From contig OZ024742.1 in NCBI GenBank assembly GCA_964016885.1, positions 319,920,001-319,984,000 on the forward strand: a stretch of 64,000 nt of DNA, in the 5' to 3' direction. A program made the position numbers and the translations under genes. Position 1 is the first letter of the stretch. Each line of letters begins with the position of its first letter. Source of the stretch: Eledone cirrhosa (taxonomy: Eukaryota). The notes beneath the pieces are model-generated. The model did not search any database, was not told where the DNA came from, and saw nothing but the letters and a program-made list of their open reading frames with translations. Of this stretch, positions 11,971 to 24,441 are shown one piece after another.

Positions 11971-14900
11971 TTTCTTTATTAGCCACAGGCGCACAAAAGA
12001 AGGGGACAAATACAAAGGGGGAAGTTTACATACAATAAAAACGTGTAAAATGTTATCACAAATGGAATTTAAAAAGTTAGTTGATTTTTCCCAATAGAGC
12101 GAGACAGTTTATATGGGTAACACATACCCCCGAAAAAATGTGCAACCCTTATCTCCAGGAGTACGAAGAGTTTGTACTCCTTTCCTCTCCTCCTCCTTTT
12201 CCTCAACCTACAGGCTGATATAGAGAGAAGGCCCATTCATTCGGGCCATTCTCGCCACTTCCACCCACCTTTCATAAAACTTGCTGGGGTACAGCACCTC
12301 TCTCTCCATCCTGATTTTTCTTCCAAAGTGGTATTTGAAAAAAAGAATCAGTTGTTGGCCGGAGAGAAAGGTGTCTGACCTCAGCCCTTTCAACCTTGTC
12401 CACCATACAACCTCTTACGCCATAGCTATCACACAAAGGAAAACCGCCTCTCCTTCGTTTTTGAAGGAGGGTGGCGGTTTGATCATGACAATGGACTCGG
12501 TGGTCAACCGGATTGGTCCCACCCGCGACAATAGTCGTTCTACATAGCCCCACAGGTCAGTGATACCCGGGCACTGTATGAATGCGTGCGCGACGGTTTC
12601 TTCGTCTCGCACGCACCTCGGACAGATCTTTTTTGCATGGTCCCTGCCCGGGCGCCCATGTCTGTAGAGCTTGTCTCGAACTGGTAGAGCTCCACGGTAG
12701 CACTGCCAGGCCAGGGACTTTGGGAAGTTGTCCATCGGTCCCGGGCGGAAGGTCCTACCGAACAGACTGGCCAGTTCATCTTCCTCTACGCCTAGAGTTT
12801 CACCTAGCGCGTCGTCGCACTTGCTGCGGATCAACCCTCTATAGAATGACGAAGTGGAGTCTCCACTGATCGCCGGGTCCGTCTGCCAGAGGGCTGTTAG
12901 CGCCTGAGCACATTCGATGTGCCAATCGCCCATTTTCCTCGGTCTTTGCTTGACCCAGGACTGCAGCTCGGTCAGCGAGACGAGTCGTGGGAAGGCTCGC
13001 CTCACGAACGGGGCCCACACCGGTTGTCCGGTGAGGAATACGTAGAGATGCCGCAGCCTGAGCGCGTGTTTGTGCATCGTCAACCACGGCATCCCCAGCC
13101 CTCCGTTAGAAGGGTGTTGGAAGCAGATGGATCTTCTCACCAAAGGAGCTTGCCTCTTCCAAAGGAATTGGAAGAGCGCGCGCTCCATTTTGGCGAGCGT
13201 TTTGGCTGGACAAGGCACGACGGTCAAGCGGTAGTAGATGGCGGACGCTATGAAAGTGTTCGCCACCTCCGCTCGACCTTTCAAGTATAGTTTGCACTCG
13301 GCCCACTTCTGGGTGAGTGCAAACACCTTGGCCGTCACTTCGTTCCAGTTCTTCTCCACCTGGAGGTCCGGACCAAACCAGACCCCGAGCAGCTTTACCG
13401 GCCCTTCCGTCCGACAACGCCATCGGAAGGCATCGGTTTGCCTCTCCACGATCCGAGTTGCAAACCGATGTACTTGTCCCGGTTCAGCTTCGCTCCTGTG
13501 AAACTTTCGTATTCCTTCAGTAAGGTGCCGACTTCCTCGATTTGCGAGGCGCTCGACACCATTACTGTCACGTCGTCGGCGTAGGCCGACGTCGCTTTCC
13601 GCAGTCCCGGTTCCAGAGGGATGCCCTGCAATAGCTCCAGCTTCCGCAGTAGTGGCTCGAGAGTCAGTACGTACAGAAGGGAGGAGAGAGGGCATCCCTG
13701 TCGAATGGATCGCGTAATATGGAACGGCTCCGAGAGGTAGCCGTTCACCTTGACATTTGAGCAGATGTTGCTGTTGTGCATTGCAGAATTCCAGCCCCTG
13801 AACACGGGTCCGAAGCCTGCCGCCTCGAGCACCGCATCCAGGTAACGATGGTCAACCCTATCGAAAGCCTTAGACTGATCCAAGTTGTTCAGGGCCCCAC
13901 CGAAGCCGTGTTTACACCCTACCCTCTCTATGATGTATCGCATGAGGTGGAGGTTGTCGTGTATGGACCTGGTCGGGATTGCGCATGTCTGCGCTTCTCC
14001 CACCAGGTTCTCGACGACAAGCGCCAGCCTCTTTGCCAACACCTTGGCCAAAATCTGTAACTCTGTGTTTAGCAGAGTTATGGGCCGGAAGTTGCTTATG
14101 TCATCCCCCTTATTCTCGTCCTTCCTGATTAGTGTGACCACGCCCCCGGTTACAGAACTGGGAATTCTCCCGTTCTGTTGCCAGTTGCAGTAGACCGCTT
14201 CCAGGAGACCGGAGAATAAGTCCGGCATTGCTACGTAAAATTTGTAGGGTAGACCGTCGAGACCTGGAGATTTGCGTTTGCCGCATTGGCTCAGCGCGTC
14301 CCCTATCTCAGTGGCTGAAATCGGCTTTTCGCAGAACTTTGCCTCGCTGTCCGAGAGTCGCGGTAGGCCGTCAAGGTATGGACCGAAATCCATAGCCTCT
14401 CCCGGCGCGCCGCCCCTCCTGAACAGTTGAGCAAATTGCCGCTGAAAAGCCGCACACATCTGCTTCGGCTCACGTATCACGCGTCCGTTTTGGTCCTTCA
14501 AAAACCGAATCGTGGACTTGTTGCCACTTTTTCCTCCGTCACTCGTGCCCAGCTAACAGCTTTGGCTCCCTCGTTTCCTAGAGCACGTATTTTGCTTCTG
14601 ACAACGCAGCCCTCGTGCTTTGCGTCGAAGAACTGGTCCAAGGCCGTTCTCGTTGCTAGCACGCTGGCTACGTTGCCACTTCTAATTGCCTCTTCTACTT
14701 TATCTACCAATTCCTTCTCGGTTCTATTTCTATCTAACGCTAATTCTTTCCTAAAAACTATCGAGTCTAATCTAACTGCCCTCTTGAGAGAGTACCACCA
14801 TCTGTTGTTGACAATGGCCCCCGTCAAGTGCTTTTTAACTAAAGTGCTAATCCGTCTACTGTAGGCTTTGCTTGTCGGTAACGACAAGTTCAGCTTCCAG

Positions 14901-15070
14901 TAGCCGGGTCCTTGTCTATGGGTTCTATCAAGGTTGGTCATGCAGGTCACTAGTTTGTGATCTGAATAGGCAACCATGAACATTTGTGGACAGCTTAACA
15001 TGTCCCTATCCTTATTTCTAACTAGAACCCTATCTAGGTACGATCTAGATGTTCCGCTACGATTACTCCA
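11971..15070 (-). mobile_element. Tx1-clade LINE copy 4, 5'-truncated inside the endonuclease domain
   Basis: ORFs 14498..~15070 (SYLDR, SDHK), 13395..14501 (RQGCPLS, YADD), 12415..13395 and 12208..12393. The 3' AATAAAGAAA is followed by a (TATC)n tract at 11931-11968. Confidence 0.92.
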
Positions 15071-16047
15071 ATCACGATAATGGCTGAGTGAGATGCCATT
15101 GTTATAACATAGGTAATCTGCCAAAAAATCGTCTCCGTTTGGAAAAATGTCTCCAACACAAGGGAAAAGGAAAACAAAATCGCTTGTTTTTCTCTGTCAA
15201 ACAACTGGACAGGAAAAAGAATGCATCCGAGACAACATGTAAAGGATAGACTAACCGAGCAATGTCATTAACAAGGTATAGGCAGGGAATTTAAAACTAA
15301 AACCAACACGGCGGACGATTTCGCGCCAAAAACACTATTGATTGAGAAGAAAGCCGCCATCTTGTCATCCTCAAAAATTTTAGCCAGAGAAAAGAAGAAA
15401 AGGAGAAAAAACATTCATACAATTGTTGTTTCCCTAGGAAACTAGCGGCAATATAATGTTATCTTTTTTTTTTTTTGTGTTTGTGTGTAAATAAATGGAA
15501 TGTTCGCTTTGCACATATGAGGAGTTTGATTGTTAAACGTTACAGATAAAGATGCTGAAATCAGTAAAATACAGCCAGATCAGAATGAAGCGTGTTGTTC
15601 TGTATTAAATGTTTTTTTCTTGCATTTTTTTTCCCATTCTTTTTTTTTTTTAAATGTCGGGGTCACCAATTTAGAATGTTAGTTTCAGTGTATATATATT
15701 ATTAAGAATGACAATAAATGCAGATGAGTGTTGTGACATGGTTTTACTTCACAGAAGTCAAATAAATTAATAGAAATAATTTTTACCACATGTTGATGGT
15801 CAGTTGGTCACAACTCCCAGACCGGAGTGTGTAGAGAAGAACAGAAATCTTCTCTTGGTAAGGTTCAAGTGTTTCTTTAGGCTGCCGGCGCAGTAAGTGA
15901 GAGTTGCTGCCTTAATGTCCTCAAATATATAGTCCCCAGGGGGACGCAACTCCATTTAGTACATGGATCTGCCACTGGGAGTCGCGACCGTCACAAAGGG
16001 ACGCAACTCCTATACGTGCTGAGTTACAGCCGTAAGGGGCCGCTACA
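15071..16047 (-). mobile_element. LTR retrotransposon remnant: 5' LTR (15670-16047), tRNA-Trp PBS (15656-15668) and leader
   Basis: The minus strand reads TGTAGCG...TTCTAAA, then T, then TGGTGACCCCGAC, complementary to the tRNA-Trp 3' end. The termini are of the same type as the other two LTR elements. Confidence 0.72.
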
Positions 16048-16213
16048 CACTAAATAAAATTAGTCTGTTAGTTGGGATTTAAAAAAACCCCTCTGAATGG
16101 AAAAAAGGATGAGTATTGAGTACTACCTAATTTTCAAATTGGTTAGCTGTTTCTAAACAAAGCCTGCTTTGTTTCTCCCTATTTATATACATATATATGT
16201 GTATATATATATG

Positions 16214-16272
<59 letters not shown>

Positions 16273-16882
16273 AAAAGTTATGAAATGAAAGGAGCTGTAT
16301 GGTTACTAAAAACAAGGTTTAGGATGGTGGTTAGGACGGAACAGGAGGAGAAAGGAAGAAAGGAGTTTCCATCGTCAGCTGTAAATGTTTCCCGAACCGA
16401 TGTTTCGGCACTCAATTACAGGACATCGGTGTAGTTCGGGTGCGCACAAGGCCTTTTATTAATCAAAAGGTCAGGTGGAAAAGGAGAGAGAAAAGGAAAG
16501 AGAGGGAAAGGAGGAAGAACAGGGGGGGGGGAGATGAGGAGAGAGGAAGAAGGGGAAAAATAGGAAAGGAATAGAAGAAAAAAAAGTGTACAGATCCCAT
16601 CGTGGGAAGACACAGGTAAAAGTAACATGCAAAAAAGTAACCGTGGAAAAATAGGGAAAGTAAGTTGTGGCCAACCTGGGAGACTTTAGCCTGGTGGTCA
16701 GCTACAACTCAGAGCTGGTATAATCGTGCTGCCTCTCACATAGACAGGAGAAAGTGAGAGAGACACGGGCAACCAAAAGTGAGGAGGTGAAGGGAAAGGG
16801 AGATAATCCAGAAGGGATTACGACGGTGGTAAAAACATGCCGCAAAGATTGCGGACAGAGAGGTCATCAATATATATATATA

Positions 16883-17437
16883 CAGGGTGCCGACGATATG
16901 TGTTCGCAAGATTACTGTCTAGGAAAAAGTAACACAGTAGTTTTTTTAAGATATATTTATCAAACTTGGGTCAGTTTGTCTTCATGACTTGTTCTTTCGA
17001 TCTTATTCGATAAACCCGCCATTAGCTTTGATGACGGCCTCAAGGCGGCCTCGGAACCAGCTGCAGGCCTTAGTCACTGTTTCCCGACTTAGGCCCCTAA
17101 AGGCACTTGTGATCCTGGCCTTCAGATTGCCTTTCGTATTGCAGCTAGATCTGTTGGTGTCTCGTTCCACTGCGCCCCACACAAAGAAGTTGAGGGGGTT
17201 GCAGTCAGGCGAGCTGGGAGGCCAGATGTCAGGTGAAGTGTGGTTGACGAACTTCTCTGACAGCCAGGCTTGATTCTTTCGGCTGGTATGGCAGGGCGCT
17301 GAGTCTTGCTGCCACATGTACGGCCTACCTGCAGCTACCTGGTCGATCCAAGGCTTTACTACCTCGCTCAGAACGTGGATGTAGCCATTGGTGTTCAGCT
17401 TGAGGCCCTCAGGGAAGAAGTGAGGTGGCATGACGTC
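16883..17437 (-). mobile_element. Truncated Tc1/mariner (maT-type) transposon: one TIR plus transposase C-terminus
   Basis: TA-CAGGGTG TIR; ORF 17003..17431 with QQDSAPCH and WPPSSPDCNPLN; nearly identical to 28143-28680. Confidence 0.9.
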
Positions 17438-17632
17438 TTGTGCTCACAGTCGCTTCACGCCATGAAGCCGGGATAAGCACCGGCCAAATGAGCCTTCTGG
17501 CTTAAGACAGACTTTAGACTTATGGCCTTCCTGCCGAGCCAGTGGGATGGCGTCATCGTATGGCTAAAACAGCAACGTGCTGTGACCAGCTGCGCCGAAT
17601 GGCGCCCGACAGACTGGTCGGTCAAGGTGATA

Positions 17633-17687
<55 letters not shown>

Positions 17688-17859
17688 TATATATAATATG
17701 AAGTATTTCCGTAGGAAAGGTAAAGGAAAAGAGAGTGCTCTATGTAGGCTACAGAGCTTTTTAGTTATGTAATAAACAACATAAGATAATTCATTTATCA
17801 GTGGTTTCTTGAAGAGAGCCCAGGCTGAAAATGCCCAAGAAATGCTGTATGTCAATACA

Positions 17860-18172
17860 CCGCCCCTATGACTCTATCAGGAGTTACGGGGCCATACCAT
17901 ATGTCACCTTGATCTTGACCACCTTGACCGACCAGTCTGTCTGGCGTCCATTTGGCGCCGCTGGTCACAGCACGTCGTGCTGTTTTAGCCATAAGATAAC
18001 GCCATCCCACTGGCTGGGTGGGCAGGCCGGTACTCATTTCTACAGCTGAGTAAACTGGAGCAACGTGAAATAAAGTGTCTTGCTCAAGGAAACAACACAT
18101 CACCCGGTCTGAGAATTGAACTCACAACCTTTCGATTGCAAGCCCAATGCTCTAACCACAAAACCATGCACC
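17860..18172 (-). mobile_element. tRNA-derived SINE; a partial inverted copy lies at ~17520-17630
   Basis: Minus-strand A-box-like TGGTTAGAGC and B-box GTTCAATTC, followed by a CCTTGAGCAAGACACTT core. Confidence 0.7.
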
Positions 18173-19351
18173 TTCACCCGGGAGTCGGGTTACAATACCA
18201 TATGTATGGATGGATATATATATATATGGATATGTAGTAAGACGCCTCACGCTCCTTGATAGAACAACGCCAGTTGAGAACGCCAGAAAGAAAAGACAGA
18301 CATCCACTGGAAAGCCGACTGATCACACGCCAGAAACCAGCCTCTGTACAACACCATTGTTTGTGCTACATCAAAAAATAAACGTATATTTCATCTCTAA
18401 TTTCTGCTGTTGAAATAATTATTATGTCACTCGTATCTCGATAACATCTATAATCAATACTGCTAAAGTAGTGACCGACGTAAGAATTTAACGCAGCCCT
18501 TCTTTTTCATTCAGTTGAACTTTTATTGTCACATTGCCGGCCTTTTTTCGCAACTTGCGAAAATAAAAAATATTCCTTTTAAAATTATTGAAAAGTTAGT
18601 AGTATTTCAAAAACTTTTTGCTACACTTGACAACAACAACGACAGCAGCAGCAGCGACAACATTGTTTAACCACTGACCAAAAGAGGGAATAGTGAGTGG
18701 CAGCTTCATAGCCTTACCGACGCAAACCACCACACATCGGAAATATCAAAACGATTCATTCGTGTCGATAATTTAGAGCAACTTTTTTTTATGCACTTGC
18801 ATATTCCATTTCCGTTGCCAACTTTTTCGCAACTTACAGAAGAAAAAAGAAAAAAGAGTATTTTTCCAAGGTGGCGTTGCGTTCCTTCCCAGTTTTGTAA
18901 CGGACACATTTTTTGAATTGCGTGTGTGTTCCATGACTGATCAAGAGAGAAGAGACTAAACTTTTTTTTGTGAACATAACTGCCCCGCATGGGGATATAC
19001 ATGCCTTACCTTTTTCTAAGGGATTTTTAGCCACTGGCTACCTTTGTTGATATCCAACGCGGATATATTTTTAAAAAAAACAAACATTTTTTTCCTCCTC
19101 TTTTTTTTTACCTTATTTGATTTGGCTGGTTCGTTGAAGCAACGCGAGGGGACAGACGTTGAAGGAAAATTTTTTTTTAAAAGATATATATCTGTATTTT
19201 ATGTATTTTTCATATTTCCTTACGTTTTGGAATGTCTGTTTCTTTTTGCCCTTTAACTTTTTCTCAATATTGGCTGTTCTCTTTTCACTGTACAAGGGTA
19301 CATTAGTTGCTGTTTAGATATATATGTATATATTTTTTTATAAAAGTTAAC

Positions 19352-20113
19352 ATGAATGTGCCACATTTGCCCGCCTTTACTGGAAAACCTAAGATGTGGT
19401 TTGCCCAGTTACAGGCGTATTTTACGGTCTGTAAGACCGAATCTGACCAGCGCCTCGCTGTACTGATTAGCGGCCTTCCCCCTAATCTAGCAGATTCGGT
19501 CCAAGACCTAATTACAGAGCCCCCCTCTGACTTGACGTATGAGATTTTGAGGAGGAATTGTAAGTCGGTAGAGAGTCGTTTTCGGTCATTGATCGAGGAC
19601 GAACGATTAGGTGACAGGACTCCTACCGCTTTTCTCCGGCATTTGCGGGATTTGAGCGATTCCCAAGATCAGGATAGCCCTTTCCTGAAGCAATTGTTCT
19701 TCTCTCGCCTACCTCAAGAGGTACAGGCGATCCTAGCCCATATGCTAGAGGTAAATACCCTGGATCACATTGCTGTCTCTGCTGACAAAATTGTAGAGGT
19801 GACGAAGAGAGACACTTCGAAGCCAAAGTTCGTTGCTTCCTCTTCTCTTCCTCAATCACGCTCATCAGCGTCTGATGACATATTAATCACCGCTATGGAA
19901 GCCATGACTCGTCAAATGGCGGAGTTGTGCAAGGAATTCACGTCCTTTGGACGGCAGAGGAGCCGCTCACGACGTTATTCAACTTCTCGCCACCGTAGCC
20001 CTTCCAACACACCAGGAACACCATATTGTTATTACCATGAAAGATATGGTAAAAAAGCCGCCCGTTGTAGGCCTCCTTGTGCTTACGAGGGAAAAGACGA
20101 CCAGAGTCACTAA
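19352..20113 (+). CDS. gag: Gag polyprotein with CHCC (CX2HX9CX3C) motif
   Basis: [29 protein letters not shown] and [18 protein letters not shown]; first ATG at 19352. Confidence 0.88.
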   Translation: MNVPHLPAFTGKPKMWFAQLQAYFTVCKTESDQRLAVLISGLPPNLADSVQDLITEPPSDLTYEILRRNCKSVESRFRSLIEDERLGDRTPTAFLRHLRDLSDSQDQDSPFLKQLFFSRLPQEVQAILAHMLEVNTLDHIAVSADKIVEVTKRDTSKPKFVASSSLPQSRSSASDDILITAMEAMTRQMAELCKEFTSFGRQRSRSRRYSTSRHRSPSNTPGTPYCYYHERYGKKAARCRPPCAYEGKDDQSH

Positions 20114-23100
20114 CGGCGGATAGTGCGCTCTGCGAAACAACATCTAACCGCCACTTTTTCATTGAGGACCTGCTGTCAGGTAGAGCTTTTCTGGTTGACA
20201 CAGGTGCAGCTTGTTCCGTATGGCCTGTGTGTTATATGAAGGAGACTCCCCCTGAGACGCCTATTGAGTTGCAGGCAGTAAATTGTTCGCCGATTCGAAC
20301 TTTCGGACAAATCTCGTTACCTTTGCAGTTTCGTAATCTGCGGCGCGAGTTTAAATGGATATTTACTGTCGCTGCCTTGCCGTATCCGATTCTAGGCGCG
20401 GATTTTCTTCACCATTTTTCATTGACGGTGGACCTTCGTGGTAACCGCCTAATTGATGGCATCACGGGATTAACTGTTGTTGGCAAGGCAGCAGGAGTTC
20501 CAACGGTTAGCCCGACATTTTTTCTTGCTAACACCGGTGATCCTTTCCATGCGTTGTTGAACTCGTTCCCGCAACTGACTCGGGGAAATTTTCGATTTGA
20601 TGAACCAACTCATACCACGGAGCACTTCATATCTACAACTGGTGCTCCCGTTTTCTCTCGTCCTCGTCGCTTGCCTCCGGACAAACTCAAAGCAGCACGA
20701 TCAGAGTTTGATCATATGCTGCAAATGGGGATTATTCGTCCGTCCACGAGCCCGTGGGCGTCCCCATTACACATGGTACCGAAAGCGAATGGCGATTGGA
20801 GACCTACTGGAGATTATCGACGCCTGAATTCGATAACGGTACCGGACCGTTATCCTATCCCTCATCTGCAAGACTTTGCGTCTTCGTTGCAGGGATGCAA
20901 GATATTCTCCAAACTGGATTTAATTCGTGCGTACCATCAAATTCCTGTCCATAAAAATGACATTCCAAAAACGGCTATAGTTACGCCATTTGGGTCGTTC
21001 GAGTTTTTGACTATGCCGTTCGGATTAAGGAATGCCGCTAGTACTTTTCAGCGGTTTATGGATGAGGTTACTCGCGGCCTCGATTTCGTCTATACCTATA
21101 TTGACGACCTGCTCATTGCTAGTTCTTCTCCAGAGCAGCATACGCACCATTTGAATCTTCTTTTCCGCCGATTGAAGGCGTATAACGTGCAGCTTAATGC
21201 ACCCAAATGTGTTTTTGGTGCTGAGTCACTGACTTTCTTGGGTCACGTCATCGATGTTGACGGTATTCGGCCCCGGCCTGAGCGAGTTAAGGTCATAGAG
21301 GATTTGCCTCCACCGACCTCACTACGTCAGTTACGCCAGTTCTTAGGTCTGGTTAACTTTTATAGGCGTTTCGTGCCAAATTGTGCAAAATTGCTTTTCT
21401 CCCTGACAGAAATTTTGAAAAATTGTCGGAGGAAGAACAAAGATATTTCTTTGACAGACACTCAACTTGCTGATTTTCAGCACGCCAAAACTGTTTTGGC
21501 TAATGCTTCGTTACTGACTCACCCGGTACCCGGTGCAAAGCTAACGCTTTGTGTTGATGCATCGGATATCGCTGTGGGCGCAGTACTACAGCAAAACATC
21601 AATGGTTACCAGCAACCGCTGGAGTTTTTTTCCAAAAAGCTAAATCCTGCTGAGACGCGCTACAGCACCTTTGGAAGAGAGCTTTTAGCCATCTATTTGG
21701 CCGCGAAACATTTTTCACATGTGCTAGAGGGTAGACAATTTACTATCCTCACTGACCATAAACCATTGACTTTTGCTTTGAGAGCGAAGGCTGATAAATA
21801 CTCGCCCAGAGAGACGAGGCACCTTGATTTCATCTCGCAATATACGAGTGATATCCAGCACATTCCGGGTTCACTAAATACAGCGGCCGATGCTTTGTCC
21901 CGCTTACCCGTGACAGCGATCTCGTCATCCTCTGACATAGATCTGACTCGTTTGGCTGCGGATCAGCCTCCCCTTGAGTCATTGGATGTCACATCGCCCG
22001 AGTTTGCGAATTGCGAGATGAAATACTTGCCTCTGTCGACTGCAGTTGGCCAAATTCTCTGCGACGTCTCTTTGGACGTGCCTAGGCCCTTCGTTCCAGA
22101 GAATCATCGTCGGACCGTGTTTCTGGGATTACATTGTATCTCGCATCCAGGATCTTCTGCCACAGCAAAGCTCATATCAGCTAGATTTTTCTGGCCAAAT
22201 ATGAGGCGTGAAATTGCTGCTTGGTGCCGTTCCTGCGTCGCTTGCCAGAGATCAAAGGTCCATCGACACGTCAAGGCTCCCCTGGGTACCTTTGCTAACC
22301 CAGATGCGCGTTTTTCACATATTCATATTGACATAGTGGGACCTTGGCCTGTCAGCGATGGTTTTTCTTATCTACTTACCGTCATTGACCGTTTTTCGAG
22401 ATGGCCTGAGGCCATCCCCTTGAAAAACATCACCGCGGAGACAACAGCACGTGCTCTTGTGTCTGGATGGATCTCTCGTTATGGAGTTCCATCCACAATA
22501 ACTACCGACCGTGGACGACAGTTCGAGTCGAGCCTTTTCCTCGAGCTGTCAAAATTAATTGGTGCTAAACGCATTAGAACTACGGCATACCATCCCGCTT
22601 CGAATGGTATGGTGGAGCGTTTTCACCGCCAACTGAAGGCCTCCTTAATGGCCTCAATGGACTCGGCGCATTGGAGCGAGTACCTCCCTATTGTGCTACT
22701 AGGGATTCGGTCAACGGTGAAGGTCGACTTTGGATTTTCACCGGCCGAAGTACTGTATGGTGCCCCTCTGACGTTGCCCGGGCAAATGCTTGCCCCTATC
22801 GATCTTGATGCCCAAGATCACGCTTCCTACGTGTCCCGTTTGCGCTCCTATTTCCAGGATTTGCCGCCAATGGACACTAGGAAACAAACTGTCAAGACTG
22901 CTGTCCCGAGGGATATTGCCTCGTGGACGCATGTCTTTGTAAGGAATGATACGGTGAAGCCCCCGCTCACACAGCCTTACACTGGACCTTACCGTGTCTT
23001 AGCGCGCTCGGCTAAGCATTTCACGTTAGATATTAAGGGGTCCAGGGAGACAGTTACATTAGACAGGCTTAAGCAGGCGCACCTTGACACGGACGCTGTG

Positions 23101-23271
23101 GTTCCTGATCCACGAACCCCTTCGTATTTGCCTGTTGAGCGAACGACTGTTCCTGAACCACCATCATCGCCTGTCCCTACACCACCACCATCGCCACGTT
23201 ACAAGAACACGACCCGTTCAAGTCGTAGGGTCCACTGGCCCAAAAAATTTTGCAGCACCGTCTATATTTAG
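20077..23271 (+). CDS. pol: Pol polyprotein (protease-RT-RNase H-integrase), probably expressed by -1 frameshift
   Basis: LVDTGA protease, [17 protein letters not shown]...TDH RNase H, HHCC and DDE integrase. The frame is -1 relative to gag, with G GGA AAA at 20089-20095. Confidence 0.95.
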   Translation: MCLRGKRRPESLTADSALCETTSNRHFFIEDLLSGRAFLVDTGAACSVWPVCYMKETPPETPIELQAVNCSPIRTFGQISLPLQFRNLRREFKWIFTVAALPYPILGADFLHHFSLTVDLRGNRLIDGITGLTVVGKAAGVPTVSPTFFLANTGDPFHALLNSFPQLTRGNFRFDEPTHTTEHFISTTGAPVFSRPRRLPPDKLKAARSEFDHMLQMGIIRPSTSPWASPLHMVPKANGDWRPTGDYRRLNSITVPDRYPIPHLQDFASSLQGCKIFSKLDLIRAYHQIPVHKNDIPKTAIVTPFGSFEFLTMPFGLRNAASTFQRFMDEVTRGLDFVYTYIDDLLIASSSPEQHTHHLNLLFRRLKAYNVQLNAPKCVFGAESLTFLGHVIDVDGIRPRPERVKVIEDLPPPTSLRQLRQFLGLVNFYRRFVPNCAKLLFSLTEILKNCRRKNKDISLTDTQLADFQHAKTVLANASLLTHPVPGAKLTLCVDASDIAVGAVLQQNINGYQQPLEFFSKKLNPAETRYSTFGRELLAIYLAAKHFSHVLEGRQFTILTDHKPLTFALRAKADKYSPRETRHLDFISQYTSDIQHIPGSLNTAADALSRLPVTAISSSSDIDLTRLAADQPPLESLDVTSPEFANCEMKYLPLSTAVGQILCDVSLDVPRPFVPENHRRTVFLGLHCISHPGSSATAKLISARFFWPNMRREIAAWCRSCVACQRSKVHRHVKAPLGTFANPDARFSHIHIDIVGPWPVSDGFSYLLTVIDRFSRWPEAIPLKNITAETTARALVSGWISRYGVPSTITTDRGRQFESSLFLELSKLIGAKRIRTTAYHPASNGMVERFHRQLKASLMASMDSAHWSEYLPIVLLGIRSTVKVDFGFSPAEVLYGAPLTLPGQMLAPIDLDAQDHASYVSRLRSYFQDLPPMDTRKQTVKTAVPRDIASWTHVFVRNDTVKPPLTQPYTGPYRVLARSAKHFTLDIKGSRETVTLDRLKQAHLDTDAVVPDPRTPSYLPVERTTVPEPPSSPVPTPPPSPRYKNTTRSSRRVHWPKKFCSTVYI

Positions 23272-24110
23272 ACTATGTTAGCTGCACCTTTTTTTTGCCT
23301 CTGTGTTTCTGCTTTTTCTTTGCCTTGTTTCTTTATGCATGCATGTCGGTTTTTTTTTAACATTTTTCAAATCCTTATTCTGGATTCAATTTTTGCTAGA
23401 GCGGATAGCTCCCCCTTGTTGCATTGTTCGCCATCTTACTCCACATTTGAGTAATGACATCGATTTTCGATAATTTGAAAATCTGGCTCGAGGTACTGTA
23501 GTAAGACGCCTCACGCTCCTTGATAGAACAACGCCAGTTGAGAACGCCAGAAAGAAAAGGCAGACAGCCACTGGAAAGCCGACTGATCACACGCCAGAAA
23601 CCAGCCTCTGTACAACACCATTGTTTGTGCTACATCAAAAAATAAACGTATATTTCATCTCTAATTTCTGCTGTTGAAATAATTATTATGTCACTCGTAT
23701 CTCGATAACATCTATAACTAATACTGCTAAAGATATATATATATATGTATTTATATATTGTTGTGCGAGAATACGATGCCCCTTGGCGAGAATGGGCTGG
23801 ACCACTACATATAAATAGTAGCGGCCTGAGTAAGTGGGCAAGTTGGTATTAGTTCCACAGATCATGTGTTGATAGTCAAAGTTGGAGTTCAAGTTAGTGT
23901 GTTGGATTGTTGTTACGTTACGTGTGCTTATCGCAGTTTATTTCGATTATATTGTTATTACACTGTTTGCAGTGTATTTGTTTATCCATAAGGACATAAC
24001 ATAAATATATAGTCAGAAATTAGTACGTCCATTTCAGAATAATACTCAGAGTGAATGGGTATATATACCCACTAAATACATGTTTCCTTGTGGTTGATTG
24101 GGTGATATAC

Positions 24111-24159
24111 ACGTCTTCTGATGAGGGTCCGATAAGATCTGAAAATTGATTAAAGATGT
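24111..24159 (+). ncRNA. Minimal type I hammerhead ribozyme
   Basis: acgtctt-CTGATGA-gggtc(cgataa)gatct-GAAA-attgat-TA-aagatgt: intact core, with stems I and II pairing (some G-U). Confidence 0.8.
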
Positions 24160-24287
24160 TTATAATTTTTTCAATTTACAGGGAAATTCGTATTTTTTGG
24201 CATGTTTACATGCCTGCATATTAGATATGTATATATATTTATACACGGTGCAGTCTTGGTTTCAACTCCTACCAACACTACTGCTGG

Positions 24288-24374
<87 letters not shown>

Positions 24375-24441
24375 TAGCTGGTCCGTCCGGCTGGCGCTCG
24401 GCTACCATTGACGTGTTCTACAGCATCCATATATATATATA

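Larger units (their letters stand above)
18233..23731 (+). mobile_element. Near-intact Ty3/Gypsy LTR retrotransposon, CsRn1/Kabuki-like lineage
   Basis: 235-bp LTRs at 18233-18467 and 23497-23731 (about 4 mismatches), GATA TSD, degenerate Trp PBS (GTAGTGACCGACGT), and open gag and pol. Confidence 0.95.

Noticed and set aside
16340-16445. CTGACGA and GAAAC motifs on the minus strand suggesting a hammerhead
   Set aside because: The motif order and stems do not give a complete core. At most it is a decayed PLE remnant.
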